Shown here: one piece after another, positions 12,205-24,400 of the stretch | Position numbering within the stretch: the stretch's first letter is position 1 | Layout of the letters: the number at the start of each line of letters is the position of its first letter | Program-made: the position numbers and the translations under genes | NCBI GenBank assembly: GCA_001179505.1 | Contig: CDMY01000193.1 | Location: 1 to 64,000, forward strand | Source of the DNA: Vitrella brassicaformis CCMP3155 | Lineage: Eukaryota > Protista > Chromerida | DNA: 64,000 nt | Direction: 5' to 3' | The notes under the pieces: model-generated | Told to the model about the DNA's origin: nothing | Seen by the model: the letters and a program-made list of their open reading frames with translations, nothing else | The model's database searches: none

Positions 12205-13056
12205 ACGCGGGGTGCCCTGCCGCTGCCCAAGCGCGACAACCATCGTGTGCTGGTGGCTGGTGGGTCCGCCCACACGAAGCGCAATCAGGTCGGGTCGTGG
12301 ACCCTCGATTGGCAGAGCGCCACGCTGAGCAACGAGTATGACCTCAGCCACACCACCAGCGTCTACGAGGGGCTCCGGCGTATGAGCAGGCAGAATGGGT
12401 GGGGCAAGGCGAACCTGCGGCTGAATGGGACGGTCCATGAGGGCGAGCACTTTGACAGTGTGGTGGTGGTGGTGGGCGAGCAGCCATACACTGAGACTGA
12501 AGGAGACCTTCATGCGCCGGGACAGGACACATGGGAGAGCCTGGACTTGGCAGCCAGGTGAGACGAGACGAGACGCGCACTTACTTCATACCATCAACAT
12601 ACCAGATGCACGTGTGTGTCTGGCATGGCCCGCAGGTACCCTGAGGACATGGCGATGGCGCGGAGGATTCGGTCGAGGCTGCCCGAGGCCCGCATGACAG
12701 TGGTGCTCTTGACCGGGCGTCCCGTGTATGTGACGCCCCTGCTCAACACGGCCGACGCCTTTGTGGTGGCCTGGCTGCCGGGGGGCGAGGGAGGAAATGG
12801 GGTGGCCGACATGCTCTACAGGGCGAACAAGAGCTATGACTTCAGCGGCCGGCTGCCGGTGTCGTGGCCAATGCACCCCTGCCACGCCAGCCACACACAC
12901 AGAACGGCAGTGGGCGGCAACTCTGCGGCGATGATGTTCCCCCGCGGCTTTGGGCTGTCGTACAGCGGCATGGCGAGGGGAGGGGCGAGTGCCGCACAAG
13001 TTGGGCAGCTGGAGGAGATGGCGGATGGCCCTCTGGACCGGTGTAGTGTTGTGTAG
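4107..13056 (+). CDS. Secreted tandem GH3 beta-glucosidase/exo-beta-glucanase: GH3 - about six PAN/Apple-like and two CCPxxC Cys-rich modules - second GH3
   Basis: Signal peptide (LWLPFALSLLPAVAHIAQA). GH3 no.1: IDAVHG, FPHNIGLGATRD, WGRTYEGYSEDP, AKHFIGDG, VVSDW, SEQPYAE. GH3 no.2: FPHNIGLGAAND, WGRVYESF, CKHFLGDG, VISDY, GEQPYTETEGD. The intervening exons splice in frame with no stop found. Confidence 0.85.
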
Positions 13057-13771
13057 ACCAATCAGGTCGGTCGATCAGCCAGCCTGCCCCGATCGTATCG
13101 TGTGTTGATAGATATGTAGATATCCACTCATTTAATGGCAGGCACCCTGTGCGTCTTTTGTTTGTCGCCTCCATCCACTGAATGGGATGGAGGGATGGCA
13201 ACGTGTGTGTCTGCCTGGCTAGCTGGTGAATGAATTAGGTGTATGGTATGGCATGTGCCGGCATTTTTCTTTCCTTGATTCATGCATCGAGCTAACGATG
13301 AGCGTCGGTCGATGTGCATGAGACAGACAGACAGACAGACAATTCGGGGGTGCATATGGTGCAGGGGTCTGTCTGCGTGGCTTTTTTCTGCACGGATGCC
13401 CGAATGTGACCGTGCACGTTGATGAGTGATGTGACTGTGTATGTGAGACAGGCATAATGTTGGTTGCCGCCATATTTGTATGTCCGACGTGACGAGCACG
13501 CTGTTCATAACACACACATGCCGTCTCATGGTCCGCTGAGGGCTGTTGACAATCAAAGTCCATAGATCTTCAACGTCATCTTCAGCCTACACCCGAGGCC
13601 CCATATTGCCCCAAGGATCACGCGATGGATCGAATGGCCAGAAGCTTCGGCTGCCATCTTCGGGAGTCCCTATCAGCCACCCTTAGGATGGATCCCCCCC
13701 TCCTTGGGCCACTTTCTGGGACCTGAATTTACGAAAAAATCGAAGCTCGCTTACCTTCTATCGTCGCATAG

Positions 13772-16700
13772 ATGTGGTTGTTATATTTATTTGGCTGTTT
13801 GTTGGGTCTGTGTGCGGCCCAGGATCTGTTCATCGACGAGAATAACAAAGAGGAGAGCCCATCGCCGACAAACAAAGGTGAGCACCGCCCCCGACAGCCC
13901 GTTCTGTGGGTGGAGGGATGCACCACACACATGGGGACACACCGATGGATCTGTTGTGTGTGTCGGATGTGTGTCATTCCGCAGATGTGTCCGGTTACTG
14001 CTTTGTCTTCCGTCGGCTGCCCTGTCCAGCTTCCCAGCGGCCCGTGTGTGCGGCCGACGGCCTGCGCGCATTCACTGTGGCCAACCGGTGTCAGTTCGAG
14101 AAAATGCGCTGCGATAACACAAAGCTCAGACTCATCGGGGAGGATACATGCGAGAAGAGTAAGAAACGCCGGCCTTGGGATGGATCTATCTCTATGCTCA
14201 CGTCACGTGGTGGGGATTGTGTGTTGTCTGTCCATCGATCCATCCATCCATCCACTCAGTGGCGGCTGTTGAGGTGTCGGCGAGTTATGGGACCGGGGAC
14301 TTATGTGACCAGGCGTGCCTGACGGAGTATGCGCCCGTGTGCGGCAGTGACGGCACCACCTACAGCAACGAGTGCTTCCTGGAGATCGCCAGGTGTCGAC
14401 AGCCCTCACTCACGATTCTGCACCAAGGGGAGTGCCAGCCAGGTGAACTGGAATCATCTCCATCTACTCTCCATCCCGTTTCATTGGCTGATGTGTGTTT
14501 CTGTGGTTGTGGTTGTGGTTGTGTGTGTGCAGAGGACAGCGAGGAGGAGGACACGTCTGCAGTCGAGGCTCCCCCCGCTGGCCCCGACGCCATCAAGTAC
14601 CGACAAGCCAGCATCGACGGTGAGTGACTAACACCGCCTCGCGCGAGAAACTGACAGAAGTACGTTTATGTGTGGGTGTCTGTCTGTTTGTGTGGCGTAT
14701 GTCATGTGATGCAGAGGAGGAGCAGACGACGCCCCCGCCCGAGGAGTCAGGCGATGACGAGGAGACCGTCGCACCGGGCGAGGAAGCGGAAGACATGCAA
14801 GACGAAATTGGTATGTGTGCATATATACAACACCAAACACCCGTGCCTGAAGCGCCAAGGGCATCGTTTCCTCTCTCTTGTATGTCTCAGAGGAGGTCGC
14901 GGGTCCGCCGGATGAGGAAGCAGCCGACGAGGCACCAGGTCCGCTTGAAGATCACTCTGCACGGAGCCGGCAGTTGTCACAATTTTTGTGTGGTGTTGTT
15001 CACAGCTGCCCCCGAGCCCAAAGGGTGCAAGGAGTGCGACATGACATACCAGCCTGGTACGTAAGGAGGGGAAGGCTGGCAGCACAACACAAGTTCATTG
15101 TGGTCCCTCCCTCCCTCCCCTGTTCATTTGTATGTGTGTGTTCAGTGTGCGGCAGCGACGGTGTGTCGTACGTCAACAAGTGTCTGTTCGAGAGGGCCGT
15201 GTGCGAACTGGCCTCACCCGACGTCATCATGACCTACACTGAGGGACCTTGCCCCAGGGGTGCCGGTATATGCATCAGCCAAGCCACACACTCTTGTCAT
15301 GTCTCCTCCCTCCCTCCCCGATGTATTTATCCATCAGGCGGCTTGAAGCGGCCTCTGTTTCCTGACGCTTCTGACGAGGTGGCGGTCGACTGCGAGAAGC
15401 TCCAGGATGTGGTGTGCCCCAGGGTCCTGGAGCCCGTGTGCGGCTCTGACGGCGTGACGTACCCCAACAGCTGCATTGCCAAGATGGCGAAGTGTAGCAA
15501 ACCCGAGCTGGAATGGCAACCAGGAGAGTGTGACGATGGTGGGTTTGGGGCGGCAAATGGAGGGAGGGAGGACAAGGGCCACATGGCGTGTTCCTCATGA
15601 CTCGTGTGTTGTCTGTTGTCTGTTTGTCAGGTGTCCGTGAGTTGCAGGGGGACTGCAAGACGCCATGCTACGCCCAGAAGATCCCCGTCTGCGGCAGGCA
15701 AGCCAGCCACACCCACTACAGACATGGAAGCCAACCACTCTCTGTGCACGTCACTCTCTCCCTGCCTGTCTGTCTGTCACTGCAGTGACGGCGTGACGTA
15801 TGACAACATTTGTCACTTCGCCAACGCGTACTGCGACAACGACAGCCTCACCTACACCAAGGGCAAGTGCGCCAGCCGTGTCCTCCGGATCCTGCAGGCG
15901 CCCTTTCGGCGCTTCCAGGACTGGTGGGAGGGCAACAGATGGGGCGGGGGCACCGCCACCACTCGAACCAACCGACCCAACGCCACTGCCGACTTCTGCA
16001 ACCCCGACCTGAGCCCAGAGCTCATTTCGGAGATGTGCCCACCGGCCTTCCTAGCGCAGCCCGTGTGCGGGTCCAATGGCGTGACGTACGACGATTGGTG
16101 CCGGTTCAAGGTGGCCCAGTGCAAGGAGCCGGCCATGAGGCTGGCTGCGATGGAGGCCTGCGACGGTAAGTAAGATGTTGATGGATGGCAATGGCAATGG
16201 CAGCAGAGCAATGAAGGAGAGTTCATGAGATCCATTCACTTGTTTATTTGTTTATTTGTTTGTTTGTTTGTTTTGTCGTGCAGACAACGGGGATGATGTG
16301 ATTGCTGGCGCGCCCCCTCCCAGCAATGTCGGGCCTCGACGCTTGCAAAAAGGTAATTAAGCCAGCCGTGAGAACCGAACCGAACCGACACACACGCATG
16401 CAATGCACACCACACCGTGCGGGTCTCTTCTGGTCGTGCCTGCCCTTCCCTGCCTATCATCTCATCTCATCAGAGGATGGTAAGGTCGAGCGCATCAAGC
16501 TCCGCCGCCCGCGTGAGGGCGCCGGCAAGCCCTGGCTGGACTGGCGCGTCAACCGCACCGAGATCATGGACAGGATCTGTGAGCGTGCCGGGGAGGTGCT
16601 GACCAAGCGGTGCCCGGCTTTCCTGCTGGAGCGAGGGCCGGTGTGCGGCGACAACGGTGAGGTGTACGAGTCGTGGTGCCACTTCAGGGCGGCGCAGTGC

Positions 16701-19571
16701 AACGACACGGAACTCAGAGGGGTCAAAGTCACGCCGTGTGACCAACAGGAAGACGGTGAGCAAGGCAAGCGACACAGACAGAGAAGGGGAGCAGAGCAGA
16801 GACGTGTGTGTTATGTTATGGCGTGTGTGAGATGGATGCTGCAGAGGAGAAGGCAGAGGGAGGTGAGGGTGAGGGTCGTCAGCTGCAGAGTGGGCTTGGG
16901 CGGCTCGGTGAGCTGGATTGCGGGTGCCGCATCGAGGCCTACGGCCGCCAGCCGGTGTGCGGCAGCAACGGCATCACCTACCGCAACATGTGTGCCTTCA
17001 CCAGGGCCAAGTGCAGGAACAGCAAAATACGCGTCACCGCCCGCAACCGATGCGGATTCACATCTGTCCAGTTCCTCTCACACAACGTCTCGGAGCCAAT
17101 CCCACCTCCGCAAACCGAGGTCGCCCCTGAGGAGGCACCAGACGCCGCCCTGCCTCGCCAACTCCAAAGTGGCGACGTCAGTCGAGAGCAGCTGCAGCAA
17201 AGTAGGCACACACAGAGAAACTGCGCCTTGTGTGGCTGGCTGGCATTGGTGTGCGTGCGTGTTGTGTGCAGGTCTGGGTTTTTCCCAGCGTGTGACGGGC
17301 GACGTGTGCAAGTGTGACGTGGCGGCGTACGGCAAGGACCCCATCTGTGGTGGCAACCAGATCACCTACGTCAACGAGTGCGCCTTCCAGCGGGCCAGAT
17401 GCCTGATGCCCAAGCTCCGCAAACTCACCAGGGGCCCCTGCGGCACAACCGTCAAATTCTTCGGTACGTGCGGTGGCTGGGCAGGGCAGGGCAGGCACAC
17501 AGAAGAAACAAGTTTCCGTGAGGCGGGCATTCGTTCATTTAGGAGGCTTCCGCGGTCTGTCTGAGGCCAACGCCACGGTTGCCATAGATTTCGACAAGGA
17601 CTGCATGCGGCCATGCGCATTCGAAATCGACCCCGTCTGCGGCAGCGACGGGGTCAGCGACACGACCACACACACATTCACTTCAGACACCAGACAGACA
17701 GACAAAAGCTCACACTGCAGTCAGTGACCACCCACCTCTCCTTGATTATATATATTCATGTGGTTGGTGTGGTGTGTTAATACAGCTGACGTACCCTAAC
17801 GAGGAGTGCTTCCAGAACTGGGGTTTGTGCCGCGACAAGTCGCTCACCTTCACCGACGGCTCATGCGAGGGGAGTGAGGGTGGGGACCGGCGAATGCTTC
17901 AGAAGAAGGGTAAGGACGAGACGGGCCAGGAGAAGACCGCTGCCGACTTCAACTTCGCTGGCGACGACTTCACCTTCCTCGTAGACGGTGCGCACTCTCA
18001 TCATGACACACAGACACGTGTGTGGTTATTTATCGGACGGCTCGATGGCTGGATGTGATGGTTCACTCAGACCGGGATCTCGGTGAGGGTCAGGCAGCGG
18101 CGTGCAGCATGATCTGCCCCACTAAGGAGCAGCCAGTCTGCGGCAAACACAGAGTCAGTAACGTAAATAACGGAGGAAGGACGGGGGGAAGCCAGAGACC
18201 ACACCACACCACACCACAGCACATGACAGTCCGTCCAGCTCACCATTTCATTCATTCTGGTGTGTACGTGTGTAGAACGGTCTGCTGGTGACCTTCCGCA
18301 ATGTGTGTTACTTTGAGTTCCGCCGGTGCATGTCCAACGACGCATGGGCGGTGCAGAGCTTCGGCAAGTGCCCCGACACCAAGACAGCGGCGCCAGACGA
18401 ATCCAATGACGTCATCATCCCTCCGGGGCTCGGTGCGTCGGCTCAGCCGGCATCCACACCACACACAGACCAGACACACACAGAACAGAGGGACTGCGGT
18501 CTTCTTGTGGATGTTTGTTTGTGTGTTGTGTGTGTTGTGTGGGCTGTGTGTGCAGGTACTGAGGAGGATGTCAACTACGGACAGGCCATCAAGTGTCACT
18601 TTGCGTGCCCCACAGAAATCCTCCCTCTCTGCGGAAACGATGGAGTGAGTCCCTCCCTCCCTCCATCGTGTGTCTGTCTGTATGTCAACCGGTTTGTTTG
18701 TCCCCTCGTCTGATGTGCAGAATACGTACGAGAATCTCTGCATGTTTGAGGCGGCCCGCTGCAACGACACCACAGGCAACCTCAAGCTCTTCAGCATCGG
18801 CCCATGCACCGAGGCACGACTCGCCCAAATCTCCGGGGGCGCCGGACAACAACTCGCACAAGGAAATATAGAAGCCACGGACGATGGTACCCCCTCCCCC
18901 AACACACCTCACACATATGTCTCTTCGCCTGTCTGTTCTAATGCCTGCAGGCAACTCCACTCGTGCGTTGCAAGAAGCGTCCTGCATGTGCAACGTGGCA
19001 TCATTCGGCAAGAATCCCATCTGCGCCAGCAACGGCATCACCTACCTCAACGAGTGCCACTTCGAGCGCGCCCGGTGCCGCTACGCAAAGATACGAAAGG
19101 TCGCCCACGGCCCCTGCTCCCTCAACCAGCTCAGATTCTTCGGCGTCAACCGAACACAGCAACAACAGCAGCAGCAGCAGCAGGCCGCCATGGTGCAGGG
19201 GGGCAAGACAGAGATGCAGCAGCAGCCCAGAGGACTCAAACAGGACGGTCGGTGGGCGGCCGCACACACCCACACACATGGATGGATGGATGGATGTGTG
19301 TGTGTGTGTGTGTGTCAGGTGGTAGAGGGCTGCAGGGTGCTGAGATTGATTGCAACGAGCCTCCCGAGGATTGCCTCGCCATATGGGACCCAGTCTGCGG
19401 CACCGACGGGGTGAGACCGACCGGCCTCTGGCTGTGTGTGTGTGTGTGTGATTTGTGTGATTGTGTGTGCAGAAGACGTATGACAACGCGTGCCGCCTGC
19501 GGCTGTACAAGTGCATGGTCAGCCCCGAGCTGGCCAAGGCCCACGACGGCGAGTGCACCTCCGGCGTGTAG
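13772..19571 (+). CDS. Secreted multi-Kazal serine-protease-inhibitor-like protein (~14 Kazal domains)
   Basis: Signal peptide MWLLYLFGCLLGLCAA; repeated C-x7-PVCGSDG-TY-N-C-x6-C-C units such as CLTEYAPVCGSDGTTYSNEC, CPRVLEPVCGSDGVTYPNSC and CLAIWDPVCGTDG-KTYDNAC; stop TAG at 19569-19571. Confidence 0.9.
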
Positions 19572-21488
19572 TAGTGGGATCGATCCCCCCGATTAGTGTG
19601 GTTAATCTAATTATCATATTTATAACGAACGAACACAACACACCCACGCCGCACCGCGCCGCACAGAGGGGAGGATGCATTGATTGCATGGCGTCAGTGT
19701 GGTGTCCGTGTCCTTTTTGTAGTATATTTCTGAACAAAGCGAGGCGGGCAATTGAATTGTAGCAGTGCGGTGCATGACTGTGTGCACGTGTGGGTGTGTC
19801 CAGGTGTGGGGCGTCTGCAGAGAGCGACAGGGATGTTTTTCAACGCCAGCAACGGGCCACCGACCGATCTGATCACCACACGCCCCCCACCCACAACGAA
19901 CGAACAGAAACCCACCCCGCTACGTGAATGAGATGCCGCTGTTCGTTCGTCTCTCTGTGCGTGTGTGTGTCCATGCCATGTGTGTGTGCAGTCCTCTTCT
20001 TTTTCTCTTCGTGTCACATGTGCTTGTGTGTGTGTGCAGGGGGAATTTGTTGTGGGGGTCGCCATATCAATCAGACAACGGACGGACACAGACAGAGAGA
20101 CACAGACGCGCAAATGCCTGATGGATTTCCATCTGAATGCAATGCTCCACCGCCAGCCACCCTCGTGTGTAGCTCGAATGGCGTAGACTGCGCATTCACG
20201 CATGCAATCCAATCCGTCTCGGTCCGTCCACACCTCACGACACACACGAAACGAGCAAGCACACACACACAACACACCCCACAGAGACGTGTAAGGTAAG
20301 GGACATCCAGGCTTCCGTCCGTGCACGCCACGCAGGCACACAAGGATGGGAGGGGGGGAGGGAGGCATCCCATCCATCGGATAGATAGAGCGAGGAAGTA
20401 CGTAATGTGCGAAGGAAGTTAGGTAGGGGCCCTGAGTGAGTGGCTGGGGAGGGAGCAAATGCGTGTGTAAATGGGACAACGACGCGTACACAGACATACA
20501 TACACAGACAGACAGACAGTGATATAGAACGAACAAGCTTTGATGGTAGGCAGGTAGGCGGGATGGGGTGGGGTGGGTTGGGTGTGTGATCATGACATGA
20601 GCGGGCCTCTCCTCTCTCCTCCCTCCTTCTCAGCCAGCCAGCCAAATATACAGTGTGGCGCATGGATGTTATGTATGTGTGGCGGTGTGAGTGAGGGAGG
20701 GACCCCTCGGCTGCAGGTAGGTGATCCGATCCGTCTCGCTAGCCTGTTGATGGTCAGTCAACTCGCTGGCTGGCTCACCCACCGTCCAGACCAGACCAGA
20801 CCAGCCAGATCACCATCAACAACCGAGAGGCCACCGACAGACAGACAGCCCAGAGAGAGTAAAATCCAGACACAACAGAGAGAGAGAGAGAGAGAATCAA
20901 ATGCTCGTTTCCACTCCACGTATGCCGTATCTATCTGCGTGTGTGTGTGATGTGATGTGATGTGATGTGACACATACGATAGAGCTGTGCCGTGCCGTCT
21001 GGACAGCTAGCTGAGGTGGAGGTATCTATCGATCGTATCACCCCCTCACTCACTCAGTCACCCAACTCACCCCACCCACCGGTGAATGACTGACTCAGTT
21101 ACCACACAGCCAGTCATTTGCCAGAGAGTAGGAAGGTATCTATATCAGGCGGGCGCGGCGCGGCGCATGTGGCAAAAAGGTTTGATGGTTTGATGGCTCT
21201 CTCTCTCTGTGCACCCAAGCCAACCCACCGTACGGCCAGGCCAGCTATGTCGCTAGGCAGGATGGGATGGATAGGCAGAATAGAGAGAGTGAGTAGAGTG
21301 GGTGGGTGTCGCACCAGATGGGACATATAGATAGCGCCGCCAACACACACACATAGACACACACGTACTCTTGAAACACCTCATTCTTCGTTCCTTACAC
21401 AGACAGACAGACAGACAGAAACCCCGCCCAGCAGCAGCAGCAGCATGGAGACGGTAAGTAGATATCAATGCATCCCCCCTTCCGTCCC

Positions 21489-24400
21489 TCACTGCTCCCC
21501 CTCGTGTGATGTGGTGGTCACGCCATCAGCACCGTCAGCAGCAGCAGCAGCATCAGCTGCTGCCTCACCCTCCTGCCGCTCATCAAACGCCGCATCGCCA
21601 TTCACCGGATCGACCTCGCCCCCACCTGACAGGCCTGGGCCCTTGCTCTCCCCCTCAGTCGCCTCCGTCTGGGCTCCCACAGGCTGCTTGGCCGGCGACA
21701 CGACCGGTGTTGTCTGCTGCTCATGCGCGTCGACAGCTGTGGTGGTGTCCACGACTTGCTCGCTGCTGTCACCATCTTGTTGAAGGACTGGCTCGGTCGA
21801 GCCGTCCGCTGCAGGTGCAGCTTCCTCCGCTGCCTCATTTGGACCACCCGAGCCGTCCACCACCACTACTGCCCCCTCCTGCGTGTTGCTGGCGTCACTA
21901 CTGCCGTTGTCCTGCTGGTCGGCAGTTTCCTCGATGCGTGGCTCCTCGTTGTTTGGGGCTGCGGCAGACGAGTCCTCCTGTGTGCCTGCGGGGGCCTCGT
22001 TGTGGTCAGTCTGTCCGTTGCCGTGTTGGTGGTCGTTGACCTCCTCGGGGCCGTGGGCGTTCATCTCCAGGACTGTACCGTCCGACGTCGAGGGGAGGCC
22101 AGTGGAGGTGGAAGCCTCCTGTGCGGGGGCGGGGGCGTCCTCGCCCTCTATGGCCTCCAAATAATCGTCTGCAACCTCACCTGCCGGTGGCAATGATAGC
22201 ATAGCACAGCAACCAGCCGACAGACAGCAAAATGTGGATATGAAATGGAACATTCTGACGTTTTCCGTCGTGTGTCTGCATACCTGCCGTCTCCGCAGCC
22301 TCGCGCTCATCAGCAACGATCTGCAGACAACCGGGGGAAAGGGACATTCATGCACCGATGCCTGTCTGCCTGCCTGGCCTGCCTGCTCACCGCATCGTCA
22401 GCCACAGAGGCCGCCGTCTCGGCCATGACGTGGGCCTCGTGAGTGGCGGCAATAACGTCGTCGGCCACCTCACTGGCGGTCTCGGCAGCCTCACGCTCGT
22501 CAGCCAGGATCTGAATGGCAGGATCACATGTGGCAAAGGGCCCGACAGACCCTGTCTGCTCTGCGCGCCTTGCTCGCCCTCCTTATCTCTCACTGACCGC
22601 ATCGTCGGCCACCTCGGACGCTGTTTCCGCCATGACGTGGGCCTCGTGAGTGGCAGCAAGGAAGTCGTCCATGACCTCCCCGGCCGCCTCCGCAGCCTCA
22701 TGCTCGTCAGCAACCATCTGACATGACAGGAAGGAGCATGGAGGTTTTCCCCCCTGAGTGGTGCTTTGCTGGCCTACCGCATCGTCAGCCACAGACGCCG
22801 CCACCTCCGCCATGACGTGGGCCTCGTGTGTCGCAGCAATAACGTCGTCCGCCACCTCACTGGCGGTCTCAGCAGCCTCACGCTCGTCAGCCAGGATCTG
22901 AATGTCAGGAAACCCTGGCTATGAGCCCTCCTCTCTCCTCTCTCACTCACCGCATCGTCTGCCACTTCACTGGCAGTTTCCGCCATGACATGGGCTTCGT
23001 GTGTCGCCGCCACGAAGTCGTCGGCCACCTCACTGGCGGTCTCGGCAGCCTCACGCTCGTCAGCCAGGATCTGAATGGCAGGATCACATGTGGCAAAGGA
23101 CACGACAGACACCCTGTCTGCTCTGCGCGCCTTCCTTGCCCCCCTTCCTCTCACTGACCGCATCGTCGGCGACCTCGGACGCTGTTTCCGCCATGACGTG
23201 GGCCTCGTGAGTGGCGGCCACGACGTCGTCCACCACCTCACCTGTGAGAGAACCAAGGGAGGGACACACATGTGATGTGCAAAGTCTCTCTCCCCCGCAG
23301 GCATGGCGTGGCTGTCTGTGTCGTTCTCACTGGCGGTCTCGGCGGCACGTCGATCGGTCTCCTCGAGGTCTAGCTCGGCATCGGCCACCTCCTCCGCCGT
23401 CTCGGCCGCCAGCTGACTCATGCCCTCAGCCGCATCCTCCGCTACAGACGCCGCTACCTCCGCAGCGTTGCGCGCCTCGACCGCATCCATGACGTCAGAC
23501 ACGAGCTTGGCCGCCACGTCCTCCAGGCCGTCTCCCTCTTGCACCTGTGGCTCCGTGGATGACGGCTCAGCTGGAGACTCAGCCGCGGCTGGGGCCTCTT
23601 CCTCTCTGTCTTCTTTGGGCTCCTCCTCTGTTGGCTCCTCAGGTGCGCCCTCGCCCTCGCCCTCCTCTTGCTGCTCTTGCTGTGGCTGTGGCTGCTCTTG
23701 CTGCTCCTCGGTGGTGGGCTCTTCGGGCTGCTGTGGCTGCTCGGCAGGGATGGCCTGCTCCGGTGGCTCGACGACGGTTGCGGTTGCGGCTGGGGCTGCT
23801 GCTGCGGCTGCTGCTGCTGCCAGAGGCGCCTCCTCTTCCTCTTTCTTGTGGTCCTGCTTCTCTTCCGTCTCCTCTGCGGCCTTGGGCTGCTCTCCTTCCT
23901 TCTCCTCAGCCTCATACCTGGACGAACGGACCAAAAGCCAAATGAATGACCGAGTGAAGCTGGGTAGCTATGTGACAGACGGTATGGGGGGGTTTGGGGG
24001 GGTTGTAACGTAACGTACCAGACGTCAGTTTCCTGCTCGTCGGCCCGTGCTGCTGCCTCCTCGGTGGGCAACTGTGGCATGGTCGGTGCGGTGACGCCGT
24101 TCTGCGACTGGGCGGTGCTGCCCTCGGGCGACTGCGCATCTTCAAACTCACCCTCCTCGCCACGAGCGGGGGGCTCCTGAGATATATATGAGACGCAGAC
24201 AGACAGATACACACAACCAACACACGAGGCATGTGTGTATGTGGGTGGATGGATGGGCAGGAAGGCAATCGATAGTGAATCAATCGCTGGCTCCCTCCTC
24301 TCACCTCTGCAGGCGGCACGACGTTGAGGTCGGGGATCGCCCGCTCCCCTTGACCCTCTCCCTCTCCCTCCCCTTCTCCCACGATCTCCTCTTCGTCCTC

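Noticed and set aside
19780-20420. Possible small spliced gene on the minus strand (DCMRECAVYAIRATHEGGWRWSIAF) or degenerate Kazal on the plus strand (CNAPPPATLVCSSNG)
   Set aside because: No consistent start, splice chain or complete cysteine pattern could be built.
22284-23241. Repeat-spacer pattern superficially like a CRISPR array
   Set aside because: The units are coding exons with GT-AG introns in a eukaryotic gene; no cas genes.
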